A stretch of DNA of 64,000 nt, taken from NCBI GenBank assembly GCA_046160345.1, contig JBJXGO010000027.1, positions 20,135 through 84,134 on the forward strand, in the 5' to 3' direction. Origin of the DNA: Saprospiraceae bacterium. Its GTDB lineage: Bacteria; Bacteroidota; Bacteroidia; Chitinophagales; Saprospiraceae. Of the stretch, positions 18,283-27,888 are shown one piece after another; positions within the stretch are counted from its first letter, which is position 1, and each line of letters begins with the position of its first letter. The translations under genes and the position numbers were made by a program. The notes below the pieces were generated by a model. The model saw only the letters and a list, made by a program, of their open reading frames with translations, ran no database searches and was not told the DNA's origin.

Positions 18283-19503
18283 TTAGTTGACTTCTGCGCT
18301 TTGTCTGGCCAGTGCACGGCCTATTTCGATCAGCTTGTCGGAGTTTTGACCATTTACACCCCGCAAAAAGGCATCCCTCAAAGTATAAAAATGCTTTATG
18401 TCATGCTCTACTTCAGGGCCGAACTGCTCCCTAATTCCAAAAACCTCATCAAGCCAATACTGATAACTTTTAGCGTCCTCTGACACCATTGGATATTCTT
18501 TTGCCAAATGGCTGTCGCCATTTGGTTTGACCAATTTGTGAATCCAAGCTCCATCTACCGACCCGACTACAAATGGCGAGTGGGTGCTGATAAAAATCTG
18601 TGCATTGGGAAACAAGCCTTGAATTGCAGGGAGGATTTTACGTTGCCAAGCTGGGTGCATATGAACTTCAATTTCGTCAAGAAAAAGGATGAAATTGCGT
18701 TCAAAGACAGGTGTATTGTTTTCCCAGGGTATTCGATCCATTCGCATTAAAAGGTCTCCAATCCAAGAAATCATTGACTTTAAACCGTCAGGGAGGGCAT
18801 TAAAATTGTGTTTTATGCCATCAAGCACAAAATGCACACTTAGCGGATCATAACTAAGTGAGAAATGTATGTTTTTGTCAACAATATTAGAAAGGGTGTT
18901 TTCAATACTATTGATAGCAAAACGAAACTTATTTGCGGCTGTCTGATCAGGCTCGCTTTTAGCCAATGCTTCTTTTGCAAGTGTATTAGAAATCCACCTG
19001 AACATCAATTCGTAATTAACTGAATGCTGAAAATCAAGAGATTTACTTAAAGGATCTTCTGTAATTTCACGAATTCCATCTATTTTAACGTGCTCTATAC
19101 GGCGGTATCCGGAATAGGCAAAAAAGGCGACTGGTCGTACTTCACTCCATTTTTTACTTAGTATATTTTCAACGAAGGTATTGACAGATTCAACTTTAAA
19201 ACTGCCATCTATTGGACTTGAAGAAGATATTTTGAATGGACGGTCTCTATTAAATAACACTGAAAAAGAGTTCGGAAAATCTGAATGGCGTATTTTTTCG
19301 TTCAGAGTTCTATAGAAATTATGGCTTATACCTGAAACCAAAGCCTCCAAAATCGTCGTCTTACCCGTCCCATTTTCCCCAGTTAAGATGTGAATCTCCG
19401 CTTTCTCTTTCATTCCGGTGGGCTTTTCTGGAAAATCCATGGCCAATCGGCCGAAGGGACCAATATTTTCCATTTCCAGTTTTGTAATCCGAAACAATTC
19501 CAT
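18283..19503 (-). CDS. ptuA: AAA_15/AAA_21 (ABC-type) ATPase, PtuA-like (Septu-like defence component)
   Basis: The 406-aa product has Walker A GENGTGKTT, Walker B/D-loop LFLDEIEVHMHP, and a STHSPFV motif. Confidence 0.65.
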   Translation of the reverse strand: MELFRITKLEMENIGPFGRLAMDFPEKPTGMKEKAEIHILTGENGTGKTTILEALVSGISHNFYRTLNEKIRHSDFPNSFSVLFNRDRPFKISSSSPIDGSFKVESVNTFVENILSKKWSEVRPVAFFAYSGYRRIEHVKIDGIREITEDPLSKSLDFQHSVNYELMFRWISNTLAKEALAKSEPDQTAANKFRFAINSIENTLSNIVDKNIHFSLSYDPLSVHFVLDGIKHNFNALPDGLKSMISWIGDLLMRMDRIPWENNTPVFERNFILFLDEIEVHMHPAWQRKILPAIQGLFPNAQIFISTHSPFVVGSVDGAWIHKLVKPNGDSHLAKEYPMVSEDAKSYQYWLDEVFGIREQFGPEVEHDIKHFYTLRDAFLRGVNGQNSDKLIEIGRALARQSAEVN

Positions 19504-19528
19504 AATCTATGATTGGAGGTGTTGTGTG

Positions 19529-19536
19529 CAAAACTA
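19529..19536 (-). promoter_or_regulatory. Candidate -7 box (TAGTTTTG on minus strand) for the ATPase/HNH operon
   Basis: The reverse complement of caaaacta fits TAnnTTTG. It lies 26 nt upstream of the ATG at 19503. Confidence 0.4.
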
Positions 19537-19649
19537 CGTTAAGACTGACATTAATCAATGAATAATTCTAGATATTCATTTTTATCGCTACCATTTTATA
19601 TTCTAATTTCTATTCCAAACCTTCATAGCTCACTGTGATGCTTATAAAA

Positions 19650-20411
19650 TCACCATTCCACCATCAGCCCATCATAAGCTAATTGAACATTTTCCGGCAA
19701 TGCCCGATTTAGCTCCGCCGCTTTGCCCATCTTATGGCTGATATGCATGAGCCAGGCGCGTTCGGGCGCAAGTTTTTCCACAAAACCAAGGCTTTCCTCA
19801 ATATTCATATGGGTTGGGTGTTCTTTGTGGTGCAAGGCGGTAACAATCAAGTATCTAACACCTTCCAGTTTTTTCAACTCTGTACTTGAAATGGTTTTCA
19901 TATCGGTCAAGTAAGCCAGATCACCTACGCGAAAGCCCAGAATTGGCAATCGGCCATGCATCACCTCGAGCGATCGTACTGTAATATTTCCAAATGTAAG
20001 GCTCGTGTCTTTGTCAATCGGCACCAGATCGATCCGGGGCAGGCCAGGAACCTGCTCGGTGAAAACATAGTCGAACCTCCGCCTGACTTCGGCTGCTACC
20101 CTGGGCAGGGTGTACACAGAAATTGGCTTGCCTGAGCGATGATTGAAGGGGCGAATGTCGTCCAATCCAATTACATGGTCATTGTGTTCGTGCGTGAGCA
20201 GAATAGCATCCAAATGCTTTATATTATGCTTGAGCATTTGTTGGCGAAAATCCGGCCCGGCGTCAATGAGCACATTGGTATGGCCATCAGTCAACAGCGC
20301 TGCCGAGCGCAGGCGATTGTCCCAAGGATCGGTAGAAGTACAAACCGAACAGTCGCAACCGATTACGGGAACGCCCTGAGAGGTGCCGGTGCCGAGAAGG
20401 ATGATTTTCAC
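19650..20411 (-). CDS. MBL-fold metallo-hydrolase (PhnP-like)
   Basis: It has the HxHxDH motif (LLTHEHNDHVIG) and an N-terminus (V/M)KIILLGTGTSQGVP. I prefer the GTG start at 20411, because the longer ORF reaching 20561 would overlap the divergent neighbour. Confidence 0.8.
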   Translation of the reverse strand: MKIILLGTGTSQGVPVIGCDCSVCTSTDPWDNRLRSAALLTDGHTNVLIDAGPDFRQQMLKHNIKHLDAILLTHEHNDHVIGLDDIRPFNHRSGKPISVYTLPRVAAEVRRRFDYVFTEQVPGLPRIDLVPIDKDTSLTFGNITVRSLEVMHGRLPILGFRVGDLAYLTDMKTISSTELKKLEGVRYLIVTALHHKEHPTHMNIEESLGFVEKLAPERAWLMHISHKMGKAAELNRALPENVQLAYDGLMVEW

Positions 20412-20539
20412 AAGGCAAAGGTAAAATGGTTCGAGGTCTTTCAGGTCGATTCTCGCGTTAAGGAAACCTGCATGGTTAAACATGAGAATCGAAGGCCGCG
20501 ACACATTCCCTGCCAACGTTGTTGTAATTTTGCCGCGCC

Positions 20540-22324
20540 ATGCAACATCAAATCCATCCAATCAACGTTCGGCAAGGGTCGCCCTTCTTAGCATTTTTTG
20601 TTTATCAGCTCTTGTTTATTCTCCTGCTAAGCTCCTGTGCCCGCCAAGGTGCGCCGACCGGCGGACCCAAAGATATCAAACCGCCAGGGATTGATACGAT
20701 GGCGAGCACCCCTAATTTTTCCACCCGTTTCGATCGGAAGCGTATAGAACTAAAATTTGACGAATGGGTGGTGCTTTCCGATGTGGCGTCTCAAATTGTA
20801 GTGTCTCCCCCGCTCGCCAAGCGGCCTGAAGTGGTGCTAAAGGGCAAAACTGTAGTGGTCAATTTTGATAAAAGCGAAATTTTTCGGCCAAATACCACGT
20901 ATACTATCAATTTTGGCACCGCTGTTAAAGATCTGCACGAAAAAAATCCAGCCAAAGACCTCCGTTTTGTTTTTTCCACAGGCGATTTTATTGACAGTCT
21001 TTTCTTTAGCGGTGTATTGGTAGATGCGTTCAGTGGCGAGCCCGTAGAAAACGCCTCAGTGCTGCTTTATGAAAATCCCGCCGATAGCGCAGTGCGCAAG
21101 GAGCGGCCGTACTATTTTTCAAGAACAAACAAGGCAGGACAATATGAGTTTAAAAACCTCCGATCCAGCGCTTATCGTCTGGTGGCGATTGAAGACGCCG
21201 ACCAAAATTTGAAATGGGACGGCGAAAACGAACACATTGCGTTTCGAGATTCAGCGCTCCTGGTACAAGACTCAATGAAAGGGCCAGTCAACTTAAAATT
21301 GTTCAAAAACCAGCCCAAATTTAGATTGAGCGGGCAAAATCTCAACCGTTATGGCCTTGCTAAATTGGGGTTCAATACCGCGCTCAACAATTATGCGATC
21401 CAGACAATCGCACCTAAAGAATTGATTGTATGGGCCGAAAAAACACCCGATTCGCTGATGCTCTGGTATGATCTGCCCACCCAGGATACCGCCTGGACTT
21501 TGTTGTTTTCAAGAGGCAAAATACCTGGTCAGGATTCCAGTTCCCAATCCTCGCCGTCTGAGTGGGATACGATTCAGGTGAAAAAACTTTCGCGCCTCGA
21601 ATTCCTTGAAAATCACCACATTGCCTTTGGCGATATACCCTTGCCCTCAGCCCCAAGCGCGGCCCGGGGCAAATCTAAGGGAGGAACTCCAAAGCCTCAG
21701 CCAGCAAAAACCATGGTTCAAGCCTTTGCTTTACCCGCTGTTTTGCCATTTAATTTTCCGGTTGCCGCGTTTGACACCTCGCGCTGGATGCTCATGCTTG
21801 ACTCTAACCGGATCTCAGATTTTAATGTAGAGCCCGACTCGGCGAGCCCACGACGAATTTCTCTTTCCGTTCAATGGAAACAGGGCAAAACCTACATGCT
21901 TATGCTGCTGCCTGGTGCATTAACCGATTTTTGGGGAAAGTCTAATACTGACACGCTGGTGCGACATTTTAACGTACTGGCTGAAAAACAACTCGGAACC
22001 CTGACTTTGACTGTAGAAAAAATTCAGCCCGGAACCTCCTATGTGGTTCAACTTTTGAACGGAACAGCCTTTCAGGAAGAAAAATTTTTTGTTGCAGAAA
22101 CGAACACCCAAAAACTGATTTTCAAGCATTTGCCAGTAGCGGCCTATACAGCTCGTTTGTTGGAGGATACGAACAGAAACGGACGTTGGGACACCGGTGA
22201 CTTCGATGCCCATCGCCAGCCGGAGCGGGTTTTTATCAAAAAACTCGATGCGCTTCGTGCAAACTGGGAGCTTGAGCTCACATTTAGCACCGAAAGTGTC
22301 AACGATCGAAAGAAAAAACAATAA
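20540..22324 (+). CDS. Lipoprotein with Ig-like (SbsA/Big_5-type) N-terminal domain, function unknown
   Basis: It has a lipobox (LLLSSC) followed by ARQGAPTGGPKDIKPP, the pattern typical of this Bacteroidota family. Confidence 0.6.
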   Translation: MQHQIHPINVRQGSPFLAFFVYQLLFILLLSSCARQGAPTGGPKDIKPPGIDTMASTPNFSTRFDRKRIELKFDEWVVLSDVASQIVVSPPLAKRPEVVLKGKTVVVNFDKSEIFRPNTTYTINFGTAVKDLHEKNPAKDLRFVFSTGDFIDSLFFSGVLVDAFSGEPVENASVLLYENPADSAVRKERPYYFSRTNKAGQYEFKNLRSSAYRLVAIEDADQNLKWDGENEHIAFRDSALLVQDSMKGPVNLKLFKNQPKFRLSGQNLNRYGLAKLGFNTALNNYAIQTIAPKELIVWAEKTPDSLMLWYDLPTQDTAWTLLFSRGKIPGQDSSSQSSPSEWDTIQVKKLSRLEFLENHHIAFGDIPLPSAPSAARGKSKGGTPKPQPAKTMVQAFALPAVLPFNFPVAAFDTSRWMLMLDSNRISDFNVEPDSASPRRISLSVQWKQGKTYMLMLLPGALTDFWGKSNTDTLVRHFNVLAEKQLGTLTLTVEKIQPGTSYVVQLLNGTAFQEEKFFVAETNTQKLIFKHLPVAAYTARLLEDTNRNGRWDTGDFDAHRQPERVFIKKLDALRANWELELTFSTESVNDRKKKQ

Positions 22325-22345
22325 GCAATTTGGGTCTTTTTCTGC

Positions 22346-23008
22346 TCAACCTTCAATTTTTACTTTTATAGGTTTGGTATAATATTCAGCCGTGGTTTCT
22401 ACCAAAAAATTTGAAACTTCGGTTTTGACCAATCGTTTGCGCACGAGGTAAAGCGACCAATTGCCTGCGCCAACCTGAGCAAGTTTGGCAGCAGGTAATT
22501 CGATGAGGGGAGCCCCCAAAGTCGTACTCACTTCCATTGGAACAGTCCTGCCTTCTGCGGTATTTTCCCACATAAAAACAAGCGTTTCTCCTTTGTCGAG
22601 CGGTCTGCCAACCCATTGCAGATTTGTTGCGGTTTTTGTGGAAAGCACCATTGTGTCAAAGAAAAACGAATCAATGGCTGGTGCGCTCAGTTTCAGCTCG
22701 CTTTTTTCGCCTTGTTTATTTTTCCAATCAAAGATTACCTCGGGGGTATACCGGGCAGGAAATTCTATGGAATAGGTAATCCCCCGCACAGGCAGGATTC
22801 TCATTTCAGTAGATTGAAAGCGGATTCCTCCGGGCATTTCGACAATTTGTTTGGTGGTGCCGTCTCGAATTGTGGCCTCAGCTTTTACGTTCCGGCCCGC
22901 GGCATCGAACCGGACATAACAGGAAAGCGTGTTTTTAGGTGTTTGAGGGGGTTCCTGGCAATGCAAAAAAGCCAATGCTGTCAGAATTGAAAAAAAGATG
23001 TGCTTCAT
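22346..23008 (-). CDS. Hypothetical secreted protein/lipoprotein
   Basis: The ORF shows a signal peptide from the internal ATG (MKHIFFSILTALAFLHCQ). I recognised no family. Confidence 0.5.
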   Translation of the reverse strand: MKHIFFSILTALAFLHCQEPPQTPKNTLSCYVRFDAAGRNVKAEATIRDGTTKQIVEMPGGIRFQSTEMRILPVRGITYSIEFPARYTPEVIFDWKNKQGEKSELKLSAPAIDSFFFDTMVLSTKTATNLQWVGRPLDKGETLVFMWENTAEGRTVPMEVSTTLGAPLIELPAAKLAQVGAGNWSLYLVRKRLVKTEVSNFLVETTAEYYTKPIKVKIEG

Positions 23009-23224
23009 ATACTTGTCTGAATATCTTTGCCGCTTGTCTGGCAAATGGCAGAGCTTGGTGGAAAAAATGGGTGGGCGCAAATTTCCGCAGATAATGCCGA
23101 AATGCCAACTTCTTTCACGAACCAAGATTCAGCGTTCGCCTGTCCAGAGTTGCCGTTCACACATTTAATAAGCCTTACTAAAGGTAGTGGGTCTATTTTC
23201 GACCTAGTTAACCAGCCCACAAAT

Positions 23225-24169
23225 ATGGGAAGTGTGCTAATAACCGACGATTGTCACCCAATATTGAAATCGGAGCTGGAACAAAAAGGATGGCAATGCG
23301 ATTACAGGCCCGACATCACACCCGAAGAAACAAAGGCCATCATTGGATCATATGAAGGGCTGATAATCAACAGCAAGATTCAAGTGAACCGGGAATTTTT
23401 AGATGCGGCGGCGAAATTGCGTTTTGTGGGAAGACTGGGCTCCGGGATGGAAATTGTGGACCAGGCGTATGCTGCACAACGAGGTGTGGAGGTGTGGAGC
23501 AGCCCCGAGGGAAACCGCAACGCGGTGGCAGAACAAGCTTTGGGGATGTTACTATCCTTGGCAAACAATCTACACAGGGCCGATCGCCAAATGCGCCAAA
23601 ATATTTGGCAACGGGAGGCAAACCGCGGTTGGGAGTTAAAAGGCAAAGTACTTGGGATTGTGGGTTTCGGGCATACGGGTAGCCAGTTTGCCCGAAAATT
23701 GGCCGGGATGGAAATGGAGGTTTTGGCCTATGATAAATACAAACCAGCAGGTTTTGCTGGGCAAATGCCTTGGGTGCGGGAAGTAAATTTAGCCGAGATA
23801 CAAGGTCGTTCAGATATCATTAGTTTACATTTGCCACTGACAGCGGAAACGAAGCATATTTTTAATGCGGGGTTCATCCAAAAATGTAAAAAAGGCCTTG
23901 TTTTGATAAATACTGCACGTGGTAAGTGCGTACAAACAGAGGATTTGGTAGAGGCATTGGAATCGGGGCAGATGTGCGGGGCTTGCCTGGATGTTTTTGA
24001 GAATGAAAAGCCCCAAACATTCAGTGAAAAGGAAAAAGCGCTCTATAATCGCTTGCATTTGCTCGAAAATGCCGTTCTTTCGCCCCACGTGGCGGGTTGG
24101 ACGCATGAATCGAAACGGCTTTTGGCCGAAATTCTTTTGGAGAAAATTATCGTTAAACCTAACAAGTAA
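23225..24169 (+). CDS. D-isomer-specific 2-hydroxyacid dehydrogenase (phosphoglycerate-dehydrogenase-like)
   Basis: It carries the NAD-binding motif VLGIVGFGHTGSQFARKL and a catalytic-region pattern (INTARG...D...PHVAGWT). The start is set at the internal ATG giving MGSVLITDD. Confidence 0.85.
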   Translation: MGSVLITDDCHPILKSELEQKGWQCDYRPDITPEETKAIIGSYEGLIINSKIQVNREFLDAAAKLRFVGRLGSGMEIVDQAYAAQRGVEVWSSPEGNRNAVAEQALGMLLSLANNLHRADRQMRQNIWQREANRGWELKGKVLGIVGFGHTGSQFARKLAGMEMEVLAYDKYKPAGFAGQMPWVREVNLAEIQGRSDIISLHLPLTAETKHIFNAGFIQKCKKGLVLINTARGKCVQTEDLVEALESGQMCGACLDVFENEKPQTFSEKEKALYNRLHLLENAVLSPHVAGWTHESKRLLAEILLEKIIVKPNK

Positions 24170-24188
24170 ATTTTTCAATCTCAGTTCT

Positions 24189-27100
24189 ATGGTACGTTCT
24201 TTACTATTAACATTTGCGATGCTCCTGCTGGGTGCTTCTGTCGCAATTGCCCAGTCAACTGTGTTGACAGGCAATATTACCGACGGAAAAGAGGCGCTAA
24301 TTGGAGCGACTGTGAAGGTGATGAAAGGCACAGACTTTGTGCGGGGCTCTATCACGGATTACAACGGTGACTACCGTATTCAACTTGAGCCAGGCACCTA
24401 TGATGTGGAGTTTTCCTACACAGGTTTCGCAATGCAACGCATCTCCGGAGTACGCGTGCTCGCCGGACAAATCACTTCACAAGACCTGGTCTTGTCCACC
24501 TCTACGGTTCTTGACGAAGTTGTGGTGTTGGCCTACAAGGTCCCGCTGATCCAACAAGACCAGACTTCCAGTGGCCAGACCCTAACCTCCGATCAGATCA
24601 AAAACCTGCCTACTCGTAGTGTGAACACCATTGTGGCTACCACGGTAGGTGCTTCTTCCATTGATGGTGGCGATGTCAACATCAAAGGCGCGCGCGCCAA
24701 CGGCACCGACTACTACATTGACGGAATTCGAGTCTCGGGAGGCGTTCCGCCGGTACAGGACCTGGAGCAGCTGCAGGTAATTACCAGCGGTTTGGGTGCT
24801 GAAATTGGCGACGCTACCGGTGGTATCGTGTCAGGTACAACCAAAGGCCCTGCAGGCGAATACCATGGCGGTCTCGATGTGGAAAACTCTAAAGGGCTGG
24901 ATGCTTTTGGCTACCTCCTTGCTACGGCTAACGTCAGCGGCCCTATCATCAGGAAAAAATTGACCGATGGAAAAAGCCGTACAGTGCTTGGTTTCCGCCT
25001 TTCCGCCCAATATCAGACCCGCGATGAGGATGATCCCCCAATTTTGCCAGTTTACCGCGTTAAAGAAAGCAAATTGAGAGAACTGGAGGCACATCCTATG
25101 CGCCGCTTGGGACCCAATTTTATCAGCAGCGCCTCTGACCTCACCAATAATGATGTGGACATTTTGGACGCTCGGCCTTTTCAGAGAGCAGACAATTTGG
25201 ACCTGAACGGAAAAATTGACCTGCGCCTTACGAATAATATTGATGTAAGCCTGACAGGTACCTTCACAGACAGCCGCAATTTGGTGAATGGAGGATCTGA
25301 ACTAAGTACGCCTACATGGGATTTGCTGAATGCACAAAATAACCCTACGGAATATAACAATACCTATCGGGGCAACTTCCGCTTCCGCCACCGTCTTGGC
25401 GGTTCTGAGCCAAGCAATGATGCAGCAAGCAGCAAACGTGTTTCTATCAGTAACGCTAGCTACACCCTGCAGTTTGCTTATGAGCGCAACCAGTTCAAAA
25501 CTTACGACAAACGGCATAAGGATCGCCTATTTGACTATGGCTACATTGGCCAGTTCCGAACGATCCAATTTCCGATCGCAGAGCCTAATGATGATGGCGT
25601 GTGGGAAAATGTAGGCTACAACGACCTGTTTGATGGCTACACCCCTGGAACACAAAACCCTGTACTGGAGGCTTACAACGAATATGCCATTCGTGATGAA
25701 GAAGACATCCGCTCTTCTCAATTTCAATTTCCGGCACTCCTTACTTACTTTGCAAGAAATGGTGATTTTACAGAAGTATTCGACGACGTTTGGGACGGGA
25801 TGTATTCCAATATCGGGTTGTCCTACAACCGGTTTGAAAAGACGGAGAATGACATTGCCACGCTCAATGCGAATGTAAGCTTTGATTTGAAATTGGGCAA
25901 AAGCGGCACCCACAACATTCAGTTTGGTTTGCTTAATGAGCAGCGTACCAATCGTTTCTACCGTGTAAACCCAAATGAACTGTATCTCTGGGCCAATCAA
26001 TACGCCAACATTCATTTCAATGGATTGGATAAAACGGATACTATTGGCTATTTCTACGTTGAGGACCCTGGTGTTGAGGTTGCCCTGCACCCTTATGCAA
26101 CCGTTGATTTGCCGGAAAACCGCTTTTATCGCGAAATACGCAACTCACTCGGCGTGCCCATCAACGAATGGGTCAATGTGAACGCCCTCGACCCAAGCGA
26201 ATTGAGCCTTTCCATGTTTGCCCCGCGTGAACTCATGGACCAGAACCTTGTAGGCTATTATGGCTATGATTACCAAGGAAAAAAGACAGGAGATGGAATT
26301 ACTTTCAACGACTTTTTTTCAAGTCGTAGCGAAAGCGACAATGTTCGCGATTTCCCCAACGCGCCTTTGCGTCCTTTATACCAGGCTGCTTGGTTGAAAG
26401 ACAAGTTCACTTTCAACAAAATGATATTCAGTTTAGGTGTTCGCGTAGAGCGTTTTGACCTGAATACCAAAGTGTTGAAAGACCCTTACTCGCTTTACAA
26501 GGTAATGGACGCTAAGACATTTTTCTCCACGGTGCCAACGGGCGAAACACAGCCAAACAACATCGGCGATGATTACAAAGTCTATACCGTAAGCGAACAG
26601 GATGTGGCCGTCACGGCATTCCGCAACGGAAACACCTGGTACTTCCCCGATGGGCGTCAGGCGAACGATGGAAACGTAATCTTTGGGGGTGGTGTGGTGA
26701 ATCCATATCTGCTCAATCCAAATGACGACGTTACCACCCCGGATTTTGATCCCAATGGTTCATTCGACGACTATACACCTCAGGTGAACTGGTTGCCTCG
26801 CCTAGCTTTTTCTTTTCCAATTTCTGAAAAAGCTAACTTCTTTGCGCACTACGACATCTTGGTTCAACGCCCTCCGAGCAATTGGGAAGTTACCCCGCGT
26901 AGCTATTTCTACTTCTATCGCCCAGGCACCAAGAACAATGCTAACCTGCGCCCAGAGCGCGTGGTGGACTATGAAGTAGGTTTCCAACAGGAGCTCAACA
27001 AGCGTTCTGCCATCAAATTTTCAGCCTATTACCGCGAATTCCGTGACATGATTCAACGCCGTACCGTCTTGTATGTGCCAACTATTGGCAGCTACGATAC

Positions 27101-27824
27101 TTATGGCAACGAGGACTTTGGAACGGTAAAAGGCTTTACCTGGCAGTATGATCTGCGTCGCACAAAAAATACAGAAGTGCGCATCGCCTACACCCTGCAA
27201 TTTGCAGACGGTACGGGTTCTGATGCTGAATCGCAACGCAACCTGACAACCCGGGGCAATATCCGTTACCTCTTCCCGCTCAGTTTTGACGAGCGCCACA
27301 ACCTGAGCAGCACCATCGATTACCGTTTCGATGGCGGAAAAGCTTATACTGGTCCAATTATCAATGGTAAAAAAATCCTTGCTAATTTTGGAATCAACTT
27401 ACTGTTTACTGCTGCTTCTGGTCGGCCATTCACAGCCAAATTGAGACCCACCAGGTTTGATGCCCTGGGCACCGTAGGGTCAGTCAATGGAAGCCGACTA
27501 CCCTGGCGTTTCAATACCGACCTGCGGGTGGACAAGACATTCCGGGTCAATCCAAAGGCCAAATCACCACTGGATATCAATGTCTATCTCCGTGTTGCCA
27601 ACTTGATGAACCGCCTTAACGTTATTGGGGTGTATCGTTATACCGGCTCACCAACCGACGATGGATTCCTTGCAAGTCCGGACGGGCTTTCCGAAATCCG
27701 TGAAGTAGACCTCAATGGCTTGAACACGCAAGCCTATATAGACTCCTATTCTTGGTTCGTGCGCAATCCAAATAATTTTGCACAGCCTCGCCGGATCTTT
27801 ATTGGAGCTTCTTTATTCTTCTAA
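24189..27824 (+). CDS. TonB-dependent-receptor-like outer-membrane protein with CarboxypepD_reg N-domain and plug
   Basis: It has a signal peptide (MVRSLLLTFAMLLLGASVAIAQ), a CarboxypepD_reg-like segment (LTGNITD...GDYRIQLEPGTYDVEFSYTGF), a plug (GQTLTSDQIKNLPTRSVNTIV...NIKGARANGTDYYIDGIRV) and a terminal aromatic residue (...GASLFF). Confidence 0.85.
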   Translation: MVRSLLLTFAMLLLGASVAIAQSTVLTGNITDGKEALIGATVKVMKGTDFVRGSITDYNGDYRIQLEPGTYDVEFSYTGFAMQRISGVRVLAGQITSQDLVLSTSTVLDEVVVLAYKVPLIQQDQTSSGQTLTSDQIKNLPTRSVNTIVATTVGASSIDGGDVNIKGARANGTDYYIDGIRVSGGVPPVQDLEQLQVITSGLGAEIGDATGGIVSGTTKGPAGEYHGGLDVENSKGLDAFGYLLATANVSGPIIRKKLTDGKSRTVLGFRLSAQYQTRDEDDPPILPVYRVKESKLRELEAHPMRRLGPNFISSASDLTNNDVDILDARPFQRADNLDLNGKIDLRLTNNIDVSLTGTFTDSRNLVNGGSELSTPTWDLLNAQNNPTEYNNTYRGNFRFRHRLGGSEPSNDAASSKRVSISNASYTLQFAYERNQFKTYDKRHKDRLFDYGYIGQFRTIQFPIAEPNDDGVWENVGYNDLFDGYTPGTQNPVLEAYNEYAIRDEEDIRSSQFQFPALLTYFARNGDFTEVFDDVWDGMYSNIGLSYNRFEKTENDIATLNANVSFDLKLGKSGTHNIQFGLLNEQRTNRFYRVNPNELYLWANQYANIHFNGLDKTDTIGYFYVEDPGVEVALHPYATVDLPENRFYREIRNSLGVPINEWVNVNALDPSELSLSMFAPRELMDQNLVGYYGYDYQGKKTGDGITFNDFFSSRSESDNVRDFPNAPLRPLYQAAWLKDKFTFNKMIFSLGVRVERFDLNTKVLKDPYSLYKVMDAKTFFSTVPTGETQPNNIGDDYKVYTVSEQDVAVTAFRNGNTWYFPDGRQANDGNVIFGGGVVNPYLLNPNDDVTTPDFDPNGSFDDYTPQVNWLPRLAFSFPISEKANFFAHYDILVQRPPSNWEVTPRSYFYFYRPGTKNNANLRPERVVDYEVGFQQELNKRSAIKFSAYYREFRDMIQRRTVLYVPTIGSYDTYGNEDFGTVKGFTWQYDLRRTKNTEVRIAYTLQFADGTGSDAESQRNLTTRGNIRYLFPLSFDERHNLSSTIDYRFDGGKAYTGPIINGKKILANFGINLLFTAASGRPFTAKLRPTRFDALGTVGSVNGSRLPWRFNTDLRVDKTFRVNPKAKSPLDINVYLRVANLMNRLNVIGVYRYTGSPTDDGFLASPDGLSEIREVDLNGLNTQAYIDSYSWFVRNPNNFAQPRRIFIGASLFF

Positions 27825-27888
27825 TTTGAGAAAAAACATTTGATAAATCTTTTGAAAACCAGTTTCAAAAATTAAAAACACAATTACC

